The notes under the pieces were generated by a model. The model was not told the DNA's origin and searched no databases. It worked only from the letters and a program-made list of their open reading frames with translations. Of a stretch of DNA of 64,000 bases, positions 31,268 through 40,963 are shown in pieces (position 1 is the first letter of the stretch; every line of letters starts with the position of its first letter). A program made the translations under genes and the position numbers. The stretch is from Armatimonadota bacterium. Its GTDB lineage: Bacteria > Armatimonadota > HRBIN16. The DNA lies in NCBI GenBank assembly GCA_963677485.1, contig OY781964.1:4576001-4640000 (forward strand), given 5' to 3'.

Positions 31268-31304
31268 AATGCCTGGCACATGCACTGTGTCAGGCATTTC
31301 TTTT
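31268..31304 (+). terminator. Intrinsic terminator after topA
   Basis: AATGCCTGGCACA-tgcac-TGTGTCAGGCATT then tctttt. Confidence 0.75.
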
Positions 31305-31360
31305 ATTGGCAGCATTAGCGTGGTATCTTAGCATTGGCGTAATATTCTGGAGGTGTCTGA

Positions 31361-31678
31361 ATGGCTAACGTGAGCGTACAAGCAGGGATATGTGGATTTG
31401 TAACCAAGATTAAGGCGACATGTGATGAAGAGCAGATGGTGTCTTTCACCATAGTGAGTGACTGCCCCAATATCCAAAAGCTGGCTGAAGCGATGCCATC
31501 GGTTGATGCATACGACGAAATCGGTGCAGGCTATGATGGTGAACTATTGAAAACCACCAGGATCTATTGCAAAGGATGCTGCAGCGCCTGCGTGGTGCCC
31601 AATGCGATATTCAAAGCGATGCAGGTGGTCGGTGGACTGGCTCTGCCAGCACCGATTATGATTAACCTCATCAAATAG
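31361..31678 (+). CDS. Cys-rich small protein, DUF6951-like
   Basis: GICGF, SDCPNI, CKGCCSACVVP, GLALP; GGAGG RBS. Confidence 0.75.
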   Translation: MANVSVQAGICGFVTKIKATCDEEQMVSFTIVSDCPNIQKLAEAMPSVDAYDEIGAGYDGELLKTTRIYCKGCCSACVVPNAIFKAMQVVGGLALPAPIMINLIK

Positions 31679-31740
31679 CAGACACAGCCTATAACTTATA
31701 TGCCCAGTTGAGTTTCAAATCATCGCATGGAGACGGCATC

Positions 31741-34038
31741 ATGAAGGCCATCGCAATCTTGCTCATCTTAGCGTTGTTTGGCAGCGTTGTATGCATGGCT
31801 GCAGCACCACCAGTAGCCAGTTATACCCCGGCTGTTCATGTCGGAATCGATGTAGTCGATAGTGCTGATGGACGGTATATCCGAGGCGTATACGAAGGCC
31901 AAGACTCGTTGTCGCTAACAGACGGTGTCACGCCCCTGAGTTCATTTATATACTTCAAACTGACGGATGATGTCCGGCGAATGGTTGGCAGCCACTGTTT
32001 TGTAGTGGTCGACTTTTTCAACGAAGGCATGATGAATGCCTATCTGGAATACAACTCCACGAGCATGCTTTATCACATGTCGCCCTCGTTTCTGCTGACA
32101 AACACTCAAAAATGGGATAGAGTTTTCATTGAGCTTAACAATGTGGCGTTTACCGGCCAGCAGAACAGCGGAGCCGATTTCCGTATCTCCAGCATGCCCA
32201 GAGGTCGTATCGCTCGTGTGGAACTCTATACGGACGATCCTGGGTTACCGAAGAGAAACACTGCTGAACTTCTCAAGAACATGAAATCCAAATACGACGC
32301 CAGCTCACATGGCATGTTCTACACATTCGGTAATGACGCGGATGAAGGCGTGGCCACGTTGTATAAAGCACTCGGTGTGACAAGTGTCGAGAGTTACGTC
32401 ACCTGGGAGACGGTAGAGAAGAAGCAAAAAGGGTCATGGGACTGGTCGCAATGGGATAAGCAAGTCGCTTCCCTCAAAGCGGCGAATATGAAGTGGGTTC
32501 CGTTCCTCATTCTGGGTCCGGCGTACTCAACCCCTGGCTGGTTCCGAGAGAGCCGGGAGCACTATCCCAGCGTATGCCTGGAACACAACATCGCCAGTAA
32601 GGTGGAGTCGCTCTGGAACCCAAACCTTCCGGCGTATATCGATCGGTTCATCGCTGAGTTTGCCAAACGCTATAAAGACACTGGCGTGATTGAATCTGTG
32701 CTATTAGGTATTCAAGGCGATTTCGGCGAGGCGATATACCCGGTATCCGGTGGGGGATGGACGTTCCTGATACCCGGTGAATACCACGACCATGCCGGTT
32801 TTTGGTGCAATGATCCATATGCGCTCAAAGATTTTCAAAAATATACCCAAAAGAAATACGGTAGTATCAAGAACCTTAATAGGACTTGGAAAACCTCATA
32901 TCTATCGTTCGAAGAGGTGATGTTGCCTGCTCAGAACGAGCAGCAAATCAGTGGCCTGATGAGCGACGCCCAAGCCAACAAACCTGGCATTCGCCGGAGA
33001 TGGCTGGACTTCGTGGAATGGTACCGAGCCTCAATGACCAACTGGTCAGAATGGTGGATCAAGACCACTCGCAAGTATTTCCCAACGACGCCCATATACC
33101 TGTGTACAGGCGGTGATGCACCACCTGAGCATGGGTCCCAGTTTGCCGAACAAAGTCGCGTGGCTGCGAAATATAAGGCTGGTGTCAGGATTACCAACGA
33201 AGGGTCTTATTATCCCGGCAACTTCTCGATCACCCGGTGGGTGGCCTCCGCATGTAAGCAGTATGGCACCTATTTCGGCTTTGAGCCTGCAGGTGAGGAA
33301 AATGAAACGGGGATAGTCGCCCGGATATACAACGCCACCACCTCCGGTGCTAACCAGTTGCATGACTACGCCACGAATGTGACAGCCTCACAGACTCGGA
33401 CGGCCGCGCAACAGCAGAATCTGCAATGGCTGTTCCATGTGCAGAAGCCCGTGGTACCGGTTGCTTTATGGTATCCCAATGTACACATGACCATTAGTCG
33501 AGGTGGATTCTTCGAGACAGCACAGAAGCTGCGTGACTACACAGATTACGACTATATTGATGAGACCATCCTGCGGCATGGTGGCTTAAATGGTCACAAG
33601 ATACTGGTCATGGCTCACGGCAGCATCATTGAGCAGACAGATGCCCAAATCATCGCCAAGTGGGCGGCTCAGGGTGGGCGGGTGATCATCAAAGATATCC
33701 CAACATTTGAGAGTGTCGAAGGTGATCATAAACCTGATTCGCTGTTGAAGGCCAAAGCACGCAGTGTGTCCGGCTGGGATCAGTTTGCCGATGCGCTCAG
33801 AGAAGCTATGGCAAAGTTATCGCTGCCGGTTGTTGACCTTGCCGCTGATGAGCTCTTTAGCACCCAGATATCACCGGACAAGTTCTTGTTCTACAATATG
33901 GGCCTAAAGGATGTTGTTGCGAAGGCCATTGTGCATGGCAAGTCATACAGCCTGCTGGTGAAAGCGGGCAGCATCAACGAGCTGACATTGCCTGTTTCTG
34001 ACGTCCACAATGTAAAGGGTAAAGGAGCGGCGAAGTGA
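31741..34038 (+). CDS. Secreted glycoside hydrolase (GH14/GH42-like TIM barrel) with N-terminal beta-sandwich
   Basis: Signal peptide, YVTWETVE..WDWS, GDFGEAIYP, LNRTW, FGFEPA, C-terminal GATase-like region. Confidence 0.75.
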   Translation: MKAIAILLILALFGSVVCMAAAPPVASYTPAVHVGIDVVDSADGRYIRGVYEGQDSLSLTDGVTPLSSFIYFKLTDDVRRMVGSHCFVVVDFFNEGMMNAYLEYNSTSMLYHMSPSFLLTNTQKWDRVFIELNNVAFTGQQNSGADFRISSMPRGRIARVELYTDDPGLPKRNTAELLKNMKSKYDASSHGMFYTFGNDADEGVATLYKALGVTSVESYVTWETVEKKQKGSWDWSQWDKQVASLKAANMKWVPFLILGPAYSTPGWFRESREHYPSVCLEHNIASKVESLWNPNLPAYIDRFIAEFAKRYKDTGVIESVLLGIQGDFGEAIYPVSGGGWTFLIPGEYHDHAGFWCNDPYALKDFQKYTQKKYGSIKNLNRTWKTSYLSFEEVMLPAQNEQQISGLMSDAQANKPGIRRRWLDFVEWYRASMTNWSEWWIKTTRKYFPTTPIYLCTGGDAPPEHGSQFAEQSRVAAKYKAGVRITNEGSYYPGNFSITRWVASACKQYGTYFGFEPAGEENETGIVARIYNATTSGANQLHDYATNVTASQTRTAAQQQNLQWLFHVQKPVVPVALWYPNVHMTISRGGFFETAQKLRDYTDYDYIDETILRHGGLNGHKILVMAHGSIIEQTDAQIIAKWAAQGGRVIIKDIPTFESVEGDHKPDSLLKAKARSVSGWDQFADALREAMAKLSLPVVDLAADELFSTQISPDKFLFYNMGLKDVVAKAIVHGKSYSLLVKAGSINELTLPVSDVHNVKGKGAAK

Positions 34039-34451
34039 GCCAGCTAGAGCGGTTTGGAGTGTCGATGGATGGGGAGCTGCTTGACAGGTTTGACGCCTTG
34101 ATCAAGCAGCGTCAGTATGGCAACAGATCAGAGGCGATTCGTGACCTCGTCCGGAAGGAACTTGTTGAGGAGCAGTGGACCGATCCTGATGCTGAGGTGA
34201 TGGCTGCCGTCACACTGGTCTACCATCACGATAGTAGTGAACTCGCATCGAAACTGACCGAGATTCAACATGATGTCCATCATCACATAGTCTGCACCAC
34301 CCATGTTCATATCGATCACCACCACTGCATGGAGGTGATGATCGTCAGGGGGCCTAGTCATACCGTGCAGACTATTGCCAACGCCTTGATCAGCACTAAA
34401 GGCGTATTACATGGCCATTTGGTCAGCACCACTTCTGGCCGAGATATCTAA
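34035..34451 (+). CDS. nikR: Nickel-responsive regulator
   Basis: RFGVS ribbon, NRSEAIRDL, His-rich HVHIDHHHCMEV. Confidence 0.94.
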   Translation: MSQLERFGVSMDGELLDRFDALIKQRQYGNRSEAIRDLVRKELVEEQWTDPDAEVMAAVTLVYHHDSSELASKLTEIQHDVHHHIVCTTHVHIDHHHCMEVMIVRGPSHTVQTIANALISTKGVLHGHLVSTTSGRDI

Positions 34452-34556
34452 CAAGCATCCGCCGGTGCTGACGCGGCCGCCTTGGCTGTATCTTACGCGT
34501 CACGCTGAGGGACAGATCGATATGCGAATGGCTATTCGTCTTTATTGCAGCCAAAT

Positions 34557-34725
34557 GTTGCCTATGTCCGGGGCGGTCTGACCGTAGGCTAATGGTTGCA
34601 GAAGGCTTAAGACCGCGCCGGTCTGGCGGATAGCCATGAAAGATATGTGTCAGGATCAAGACCGGCGCGGTCTATAGACGGTGGCCTCCGCAGGCGTACT
34701 GACAGACCGCCCGGACATAGCCAAC
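34557..34725. repeat. Nested palindromic extragenic element (REPIN/MITE-like), complete copy
   Basis: Outer IR 34557-34580 / 34703-34725; inner IR AGACCGCGCCGGTCT 34610-24 / 34659-73; second copy at 40773. Confidence 0.85.
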
Positions 34726-34787
34726 TAAGTTGCGAAATGTATGCGTTACCTATTGGGCTGCCACTCAATAACGTGCTGTTGTGCAGG

Positions 34788-36197
34788 CTACCTTAGACTG
34801 CTGGGCTGGGAGCTGACTGGCCAGTTGTCCGATCGAAAAGGCATCGCCGGGAATCCTGCTCCGTTGTAGAGGTTAATATCGGGAGAATCCGCCCATCCAA
34901 ACCTGACGGCTACCGGCATCGACACATACACGCTGCTGGCCCACACGCGGTCGCCCACAATAAAAGCATCAGCAGGGTACCATTTACGGTCCGACCCGGC
35001 GATGAAGAAATCACGGACCGTGCCTGATCTGCCTACAAGTCCACCCACGGTGTTCACAAAGCTCACCATCGCCTGGTTTCCCATCAGGGACAATTGGCTA
35101 AATTGAGGGCCTGTGTAATCTACAGGTAGTTTGTAGTGCTTGTTGATGGCGGTGAGTGCAATACGCTGGGCAATCAACTTCTTGTATTGCGGTATCGAAT
35201 CCGGCAGCTCTGACAGGTCGATGATGTTGACCAGTGTCGTCGATTTGGCGATCCGGGCGGCTGCCGATTGCGAATCCCGCATCTCTGCCCACAGGCTATT
35301 GTTGATAGATAGGGAAGTGGTCGTCTCTGTGTCAGAAGGCAGTTGCACCACCAAGAACGGCAGATCGTTGTTGCCCCAGTCTGCGCGCCAACCCTTGATT
35401 AAATCCGCCAGGTGAAATCGGTAGCGGAAAGCATCACCGATGTCGGCTTTGCCCTGATACCAAACAACACCTTTGACGGTGTATGGAACAAGAGCCGCAA
35501 TCAGGCTGTTATACAACGCGTACTGGTCGAAGCGGCTCATTCTGCTCTTGGCGAAGACGCTGATACTGGCCTTTGTCTTGGGGCTCATCCATTGGGTAAT
35601 CGCACTGCTATCTGCCGACACCACGATGATGCCAACCGGCACATTGAGCTGCTGTCGGAGCTGCCGACCGAAGAAATAGCCAATGGCACTGGTGTTTGCA
35701 GCAAACATGTTCTGTGCGGACATCCACGTTGGACTCGCATGTTTTAGTTGGCTAGGTTGATCGGTAGATACTGTGAACAGATGCAGGCTGGAATCCGGCG
35801 CAGTGTTCACGAAGCTGGCATAATCGGACGTCTTCAATACCGGCACGCTCAGGTTCTCGTCGCCACATAGAAGCCACACTTCGCCTACATACACGTCGGT
35901 GATGTTGATCTCGTTGTTACCAGCTGCTGTCAGGGTATACGGTCCGCCTGCGGGCATCTGCTTCAGTTTAATGGACCATCGTCCATCAGTGCAGATGGTG
36001 TTGGCCTGCTGACCGTTAAGGCTCACAGCTATCTTTTCACCGCGAGATGCGGCTCCCCAGATGGTCACCGGTGCATTACGTTGTATGACCATGCCATTAG
36101 AAAACTGCGGGCCTAATGACACATCGGCCATGATCTGTCCAGAACACAGTAACGCAATAATCATGGTTAAGCAGGTTTGTTGGTATTTATTCATCAT
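34788..36197 (-). CDS. Sialate O-acetylesterase (SASA) homologue with degenerate active site
   Basis: Colinear with 36311-37723, but GQSN is GDEN, GESN is GKAD, and DIHP is absent. Confidence 0.85.
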   Translation of the reverse strand: MMNKYQQTCLTMIIALLCSGQIMADVSLGPQFSNGMVIQRNAPVTIWGAASRGEKIAVSLNGQQANTICTDGRWSIKLKQMPAGGPYTLTAAGNNEINITDVYVGEVWLLCGDENLSVPVLKTSDYASFVNTAPDSSLHLFTVSTDQPSQLKHASPTWMSAQNMFAANTSAIGYFFGRQLRQQLNVPVGIIVVSADSSAITQWMSPKTKASISVFAKSRMSRFDQYALYNSLIAALVPYTVKGVVWYQGKADIGDAFRYRFHLADLIKGWRADWGNNDLPFLVVQLPSDTETTTSLSINNSLWAEMRDSQSAAARIAKSTTLVNIIDLSELPDSIPQYKKLIAQRIALTAINKHYKLPVDYTGPQFSQLSLMGNQAMVSFVNTVGGLVGRSGTVRDFFIAGSDRKWYPADAFIVGDRVWASSVYVSMPVAVRFGWADSPDINLYNGAGFPAMPFRSDNWPVSSQPSSLR

Positions 36198-36254
36198 GTC
36201 TCTCCACCCTATATGACCGTTTACCGTTCAAGGTGTTACGTGCAAACGCGAGGA

Positions 36255-36288
36255 AGCCCCGCTGCAGTGTTGTCACTGCGACGGGGCT
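36255..36288 (-). terminator. Hairpin between the two SASA paralogues
   Basis: AGCCCCG..GCAGTG/CACTGC..CGGGGCT stem; weak U-tract. Confidence 0.45.
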
Positions 36289-36310
36289 ATAAGATATCTT
36301 GGGTGCTAGA

Positions 36311-37723
36311 TTATGGTTGTGTGACCAATTTCCAATCATCTGTACGGAAAGGAGATGCTGGCAAATCCTTGCCGTTATATAGATTGAGTATTGGATACAT
36401 TCGCCAGCCGTATCGGACTGCGACAGGAGCAGATACAGCTGAGCTGGATACCACAACTGTGTTGCCTACGATAGTTGCATCCGCCCAGACAAACTTCTTG
36501 TCTGCTCCGGCGATGGTGAAGCCCGTTAGTTTTCCACCTTTGGCCACCAGACCGCCATCAGTATGATTGAACTTCAGTATGATTTGGCTGCCCTTGACGC
36601 TCAGACTTTTATAATCTGGGCCTGACCAGGCAACGTTCTTCATACCATAGGTTTTATTGAGGGCGATATAGGCCAGGCGCTCGCCGACGGGTTGTTTGTT
36701 TCTGGGATGGATGTCCACAGCATCGCCTACATCAGTGATGACTGCCATGCCTGAATTCTTTACATTTTTGGCCACCATGAGCTGTGACTCACGAGTGTCA
36801 GACCAAGCGCATTCTGCTGGATCGGCCGGATCACCCGCTGATAGGAATGGTGCCAGTTGGACGCTGAGGAAAGGGAAGTCTCCCTGTTTCCAGTTTTCGC
36901 GCCAGTCTTTAATCATGTTGGTATGTTCATACCGGTAGTTGTAGCCGTTGCCAGCATTCGATTCACCTTGGTACCAAATGGCTCCGCGAATGCCATAGGG
37001 GATCACGGGAGCGATCATGCCGTTATATAGACATGAGGGCACGTGTGGCAGCTGACCAGCGATTGATGGGTCGATTTTGATGAGGTTTTGCTCTTGGTCG
37101 ATCATGCGCTTGCTGGTCCATGCTTCGACCAGTGTGCCGCCCCAGGAACTGTTGATCACGCCTACAGGCACTTTCAGCACTTGCCGTAAGTATCGGCCGA
37201 AGTAGTATCCCACTGCACTGAATGGACCAGCCGTGTGATAACTGCTGCGGGTCCACTGCGATTTGACGTCTGTTATCGGTTGTTCCTTGGCCGTCAGCGG
37301 CACTTGAAACAGGCGAAGCTCGGTATCCGTAGATGCCTTCATGGCCTTCTCGGCATCAAGGCAGACCGATAAGCTTAACTGCATGTTGGATTGGCCGCTG
37401 CAGACCCATACTTCGCCTACAAGAATGTCTTTACACTCTACATAGTTGGTGCCAATCACCGATAGCGTGTAGGGACCACCTGCTTTCATGGCAGGCAATC
37501 TGACCATCCAGGTTCCATCCTTGGATACGGTATTCACTCGAGCATTACCTAGCTTTACCGTGATTTTTTCACCGACCGCGGCAGTACCCCAGACGGGGAT
37601 GAGCCGGTCGCGCTGCAATACGGCACCATCGGTAAACATTCCACTTAGCTGCACATCAGCCTGCACCTGGGTGAAAAGACCGAGGGATGCGATAGCTAGC
37701 GCGATTGGTAGTACAAGTTTCAT
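36311..37723 (-). CDS. Secreted sialate O-acetylesterase (SASA/SGNH)
   Basis: GEVWVCSGQSNM, WGGT, WYQGESN, DIHP. Confidence 0.93.
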   Translation of the reverse strand: MKLVLPIALAIASLGLFTQVQADVQLSGMFTDGAVLQRDRLIPVWGTAAVGEKITVKLGNARVNTVSKDGTWMVRLPAMKAGGPYTLSVIGTNYVECKDILVGEVWVCSGQSNMQLSLSVCLDAEKAMKASTDTELRLFQVPLTAKEQPITDVKSQWTRSSYHTAGPFSAVGYYFGRYLRQVLKVPVGVINSSWGGTLVEAWTSKRMIDQEQNLIKIDPSIAGQLPHVPSCLYNGMIAPVIPYGIRGAIWYQGESNAGNGYNYRYEHTNMIKDWRENWKQGDFPFLSVQLAPFLSAGDPADPAECAWSDTRESQLMVAKNVKNSGMAVITDVGDAVDIHPRNKQPVGERLAYIALNKTYGMKNVAWSGPDYKSLSVKGSQIILKFNHTDGGLVAKGGKLTGFTIAGADKKFVWADATIVGNTVVVSSSAVSAPVAVRYGWRMYPILNLYNGKDLPASPFRTDDWKLVTQP

Positions 37724-37744
37724 TCGATCGTCCTTCTAGTTATG

Positions 37745-39103
37745 TTAGTTTATGTATGTAACGGTTCCGTTAGCATCGACCTTATATCCCCACTTGGCAA
37801 TATAGTAGTTGCCAGGCAGGAATGAGTCACCGATGCTTTTCAACTTCGCCGTTAGCTCTTGATCCAGCTTCTGTTGTAGTTTGGCATGGGCTGGGATGTT
37901 GGCCAGGTTGTTCATTTGATAGGGATCCTGGTGGTTGTCATATAACAGCCACGGACCGTCCAGTGTGCGCACATAGGTATACCGGCGCGTTCGCAGCCCG
38001 CGGTATTCGCGGCCGCCATTACGCCGTTCCCATTCACCAAACGGTGAAATGCACTCAATCAGTACCGGGTTATCGTCTTTCGACAGTCTGCCGGATATAA
38101 CTTCCGAAAAGTCGTCGCCTTCAACGCTGGCAGGGATAGGAAGACCGCATAAACCAAGCAGGGTGGGCATCAAGTCAGGCGTGCCAATCGGCATGTCGAT
38201 CTTCTTGCCGGTCCGGCCCAGGCGTTGCGGCCATCGGAGAAGCAGGGGAACCATGATCGCCTCGTCCCATGGACGTTGTTTGCGGACTTGGTTCTGTGAG
38301 CCCAGCATTTCGCCGTGGTCTGATGTGAGCACAAAGATGGTGTTCTCAGCCAGGCCTGTTTCCTCTAGAGTCTTCCTCAGAGATCCCACAGCGGCATCCA
38401 TCGCGGCGATGTGACTGTAGTAGCCTGCCAGGTCTTTACGCAGGTCCTGGGTCACATTGGGACGCTGCTGCAGTGCGGCTGGGTCGAACATATCTTGAAA
38501 GCCTTTAGGAGCTGTTTCAAACGGGTTATGAGGCGGTCCCCAAGATAGGAACATACAGAACGGTTTTGTATCTTTGGCATAGTCATGAAGCAGATCGCAG
38601 GCATCTTTGGTCTGTGCCGTCAGGTCATACCCATCCCAGATGCGCGCTTTACGGTCGTTATCTGCATAGTAAGGGCTGTTGTTATAGTCATGGGTACATT
38701 CCAGCACTTTCCAGTAGTCAAAGCCCTGGCGTCGTTCCTTGGGGATATAGTTGCTGCGGCCGTGCCCATCGATATGCCATTTGCCGATATACGCGGTCTT
38801 GTAGCCGCCCTGCTTGAATACCTCAGCTATGGAAGTGGCCCGGTTGCTCAGGCACACATCATTAACAAACAGCCCGTGAGTATGTGGATACTGACCAGTG
38901 AGCAATGAACCGCGGTAGGGGGTACACACGGGGCATGTGCTGACAGCGTTCGCGAAATTCACGCTCTCGGAAGCGAGTGCATCAATATGGTCCGTCTTAC
39001 CCTTTAAGTTCGGGTCGCCTGCATATCCCGCGGCTTGCGCGCGCCATTGGTCAGCGAAAACAAACACGAGGTTGGGCCTATTCGATTTGGATGCTAAAGA
39101 CAT
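37745..39103 (-). CDS. Cys-type sulfatase, no signal peptide (start moved to ATG 39103)
   Basis: FADQWR, CTPYRGSLLTG, GKWH, PPHNP, TSDHG; GGAG RBS. Confidence 0.93.
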   Translation of the reverse strand: MSLASKSNRPNLVFVFADQWRAQAAGYAGDPNLKGKTDHIDALASESVNFANAVSTCPVCTPYRGSLLTGQYPHTHGLFVNDVCLSNRATSIAEVFKQGGYKTAYIGKWHIDGHGRSNYIPKERRQGFDYWKVLECTHDYNNSPYYADNDRKARIWDGYDLTAQTKDACDLLHDYAKDTKPFCMFLSWGPPHNPFETAPKGFQDMFDPAALQQRPNVTQDLRKDLAGYYSHIAAMDAAVGSLRKTLEETGLAENTIFVLTSDHGEMLGSQNQVRKQRPWDEAIMVPLLLRWPQRLGRTGKKIDMPIGTPDLMPTLLGLCGLPIPASVEGDDFSEVISGRLSKDDNPVLIECISPFGEWERRNGGREYRGLRTRRYTYVRTLDGPWLLYDNHQDPYQMNNLANIPAHAKLQQKLDQELTAKLKSIGDSFLPGNYYIAKWGYKVDANGTVTYIN

Positions 39104-39156
39104 ATATTCATCTCCATAATGCTGAAGAGCTGTTGGTATTAGTATAGCCAATCTAG

Positions 39157-39184
39157 TTTCGTTAAGTTTGCTCTGAATCCCTGC
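39157..39184 (-). promoter_or_regulatory. SigH-like promoter motif upstream of the sulfatase-SASA operon
   Basis: GCAGGGATT...AACGAAA (AGGG-N18-GAAA). Confidence 0.45.
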
Positions 39185-40151
39185 CTTGCATATAGTCTGC
39201 AGCACGTAAATAGCTTGTTTCATATGATGCAGGGGCGTCAAGCGGAATTTCAAACAACCGTCCACCTCTTAAGTCGTGCTTGTGCGGTTCTGGCAAGCCA
39301 TAGGTACCCCAACCGATGCTGCCGCCATATCCCATTTTGATGCCATACCAATCACCCGCGAATGTGTTAGTGTGGTCGTGACCGACAAACATTCCCATGA
39401 TGTTTCCTTGCTCCAGCATGGCTGTAGCAAGGCCAGAGTTCAGTGCGGGTGCACAGATGGGCTCATTCATGGCATCCACAAACAGCGATTGGGCGGCCAC
39501 TTCGTGGTATTCGGGTAAGGGGATATGGAAATATGCCAAGCCAGGGATAACTTGCTTGAAGCACTCTTCGTGCCATTTCGATTGGTCGATGAACCACTCA
39601 ACCTGCTGATGACTAATCCAGCCGTAGCCGGATATCTCTTTGGCTTTCATATCAACGGGCGGATAATCCAAAGAATCAAACAGCCAGATCGCAAGGTCAG
39701 GGTGTTCAGCGTGCCGAGAGATAAATAGAACATCGTTGCCGCATCCCGGTATGCTGCTTAGTATGTCACGGTTGATGTTGCCTGGTAGGGCTCGGTATTG
39801 CTCCAAGAGTTCGCGTTTGGTCATACCCAACTTGTCGATACGCTCTGCATCATGGTTACCCATGGTCATGGCCCAGGGTACATTCGCTTTGATGCATGGC
39901 CCGGCGGCTTGCTTCACCGCTTCAATCAACTGTTTCTTGCTGGTGCAGTCTGGTGCACATGCGCAGTCGCCCGTGAGAACTACCATGTCTGGCTTGACAC
40001 CGTCTATCATGGCGGACATCCCGATGGCTGTCTGCGGATGTATCGCCGCTCCATGGTGGAGGTCCGTGAACTGAAGAAGCCGGAATGCTCGGTCGTGATG
40101 AAACTGGTAAGTACGTTGCTCGGTGATGACCATCGGTTTTCCCCTTGGCAT
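39162..40151 (-). CDS. Calcineurin-like metallophosphoesterase (Dcr2/PAP14-like)
   Basis: TDLH, LTGD, GNHD, FHIPLPEY, GHDH. Confidence 0.9.
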   Translation of the reverse strand: MPRGKPMVITEQRTYQFHHDRAFRLLQFTDLHHGAAIHPQTAIGMSAMIDGVKPDMVVLTGDCACAPDCTSKKQLIEAVKQAAGPCIKANVPWAMTMGNHDAERIDKLGMTKRELLEQYRALPGNINRDILSSIPGCGNDVLFISRHAEHPDLAIWLFDSLDYPPVDMKAKEISGYGWISHQQVEWFIDQSKWHEECFKQVIPGLAYFHIPLPEYHEVAAQSLFVDAMNEPICAPALNSGLATAMLEQGNIMGMFVGHDHTNTFAGDWYGIKMGYGGSIGWGTYGLPEPHKHDLRGGRLFEIPLDAPASYETSYLRAADYMQGRDSEQT

Positions 40152-40233
40152 AGTATTGAGTTCACGGTACAATGTAGCACTATGGACCACAATATCTCAA
40201 TGCTGCCTGAAGGTAATGATGAAGGAGTATCAA

Positions 40234-40755
40234 ATGGAGCTATCCGAGGCGATCGCAAAACGACACAGCTATCGAGGCAAATATCAAGACCAACTTGTGT
40301 CGAGGGAAGACCTGGAAACTATTGTGAAGGCCGGCTTAATGGCCCCCTCAGGATGCAACTCGCAGAGCACCAGCTTTGTGATTGTTGACGATCCTGCGGT
40401 GCTTGATCCTATCAAGACTCTGCTGGCTGGTAAGCAGCGCTTTGACAGCCCCGCACTGATCGCGTGCGTCATCGACCCGAAAGTTCTCCCCAACGGTATG
40501 CATTTTGAGCTGGAAGACTGCTCCGCTGCCGTGGAGAACATGCTGCTGACCATCACCGCGATGGGGTTCGCCACTGTGTGGCTGGATGGGGCCCTGCGAG
40601 GCGGTCTCGATAAACAGATCGGTGACTTGCTGGGCGTTCCTGAGGATAAGCAGGTGCGGATACTTCTGCCCGTCGGCGTACCGGTCACTGTTGGCAGACC
40701 AGCCCCTAAGAAGCCTTTCGAGCAGCGCGCCTGGTTCAACCGCTACGGCGGGTAG
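40234..40755 (+). CDS. Nitroreductase family protein
   Basis: RHSYR, APSGCNSQ, DCSAAVENMLL; AAGGAG RBS before ATG 40234. Confidence 0.92.
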   Translation: MELSEAIAKRHSYRGKYQDQLVSREDLETIVKAGLMAPSGCNSQSTSFVIVDDPAVLDPIKTLLAGKQRFDSPALIACVIDPKVLPNGMHFELEDCSAAVENMLLTITAMGFATVWLDGALRGGLDKQIGDLLGVPEDKQVRILLPVGVPVTVGRPAPKKPFEQRAWFNRYGG

Positions 40756-40772
40756 GGGGGGGTGGAAAGGCT

Positions 40773-40900
40773 TTGGCTGTGTCCGGGGCGGTCTGTGCGT
40801 AGGCTAGCGTCTGCAGAAGGTTCAAGACCGCGCCGGTCTGGCGGTTAGCCTGGACGATTCATGACGGAAACAAGACCGGTGTGGTCAGCAGACTGCAGGC
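40773..40900. repeat. Second, right-truncated copy of the nested palindromic element
   Basis: GTCCGGGGCGGTCTG..GTAGGCTA..TGCAGAAGG..AAGACCGCGCCGGTCTGGCGG.TAGCC..CAAGACCGG, colinear with 34557-34695. Confidence 0.8.
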
Positions 40901-40963
40901 ATTACCAACAATCGCCTGAGCATAACAAACCTTGCTACGCTCAAATGAAAGCGAGTATGCTTC

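Noticed and set aside
34452-34787. CRISPR array or tRNA in the long intergenic region
   Set aside because: The repeats are inverted and nested, not direct repeats with spacers; there is no cloverleaf or T-loop and no cas gene
40755-40762. G8 homopolymer as a phase-variation tract
   Set aside because: It lies at and after a stop codon, not within a CDS or a recognisable promoter spacer
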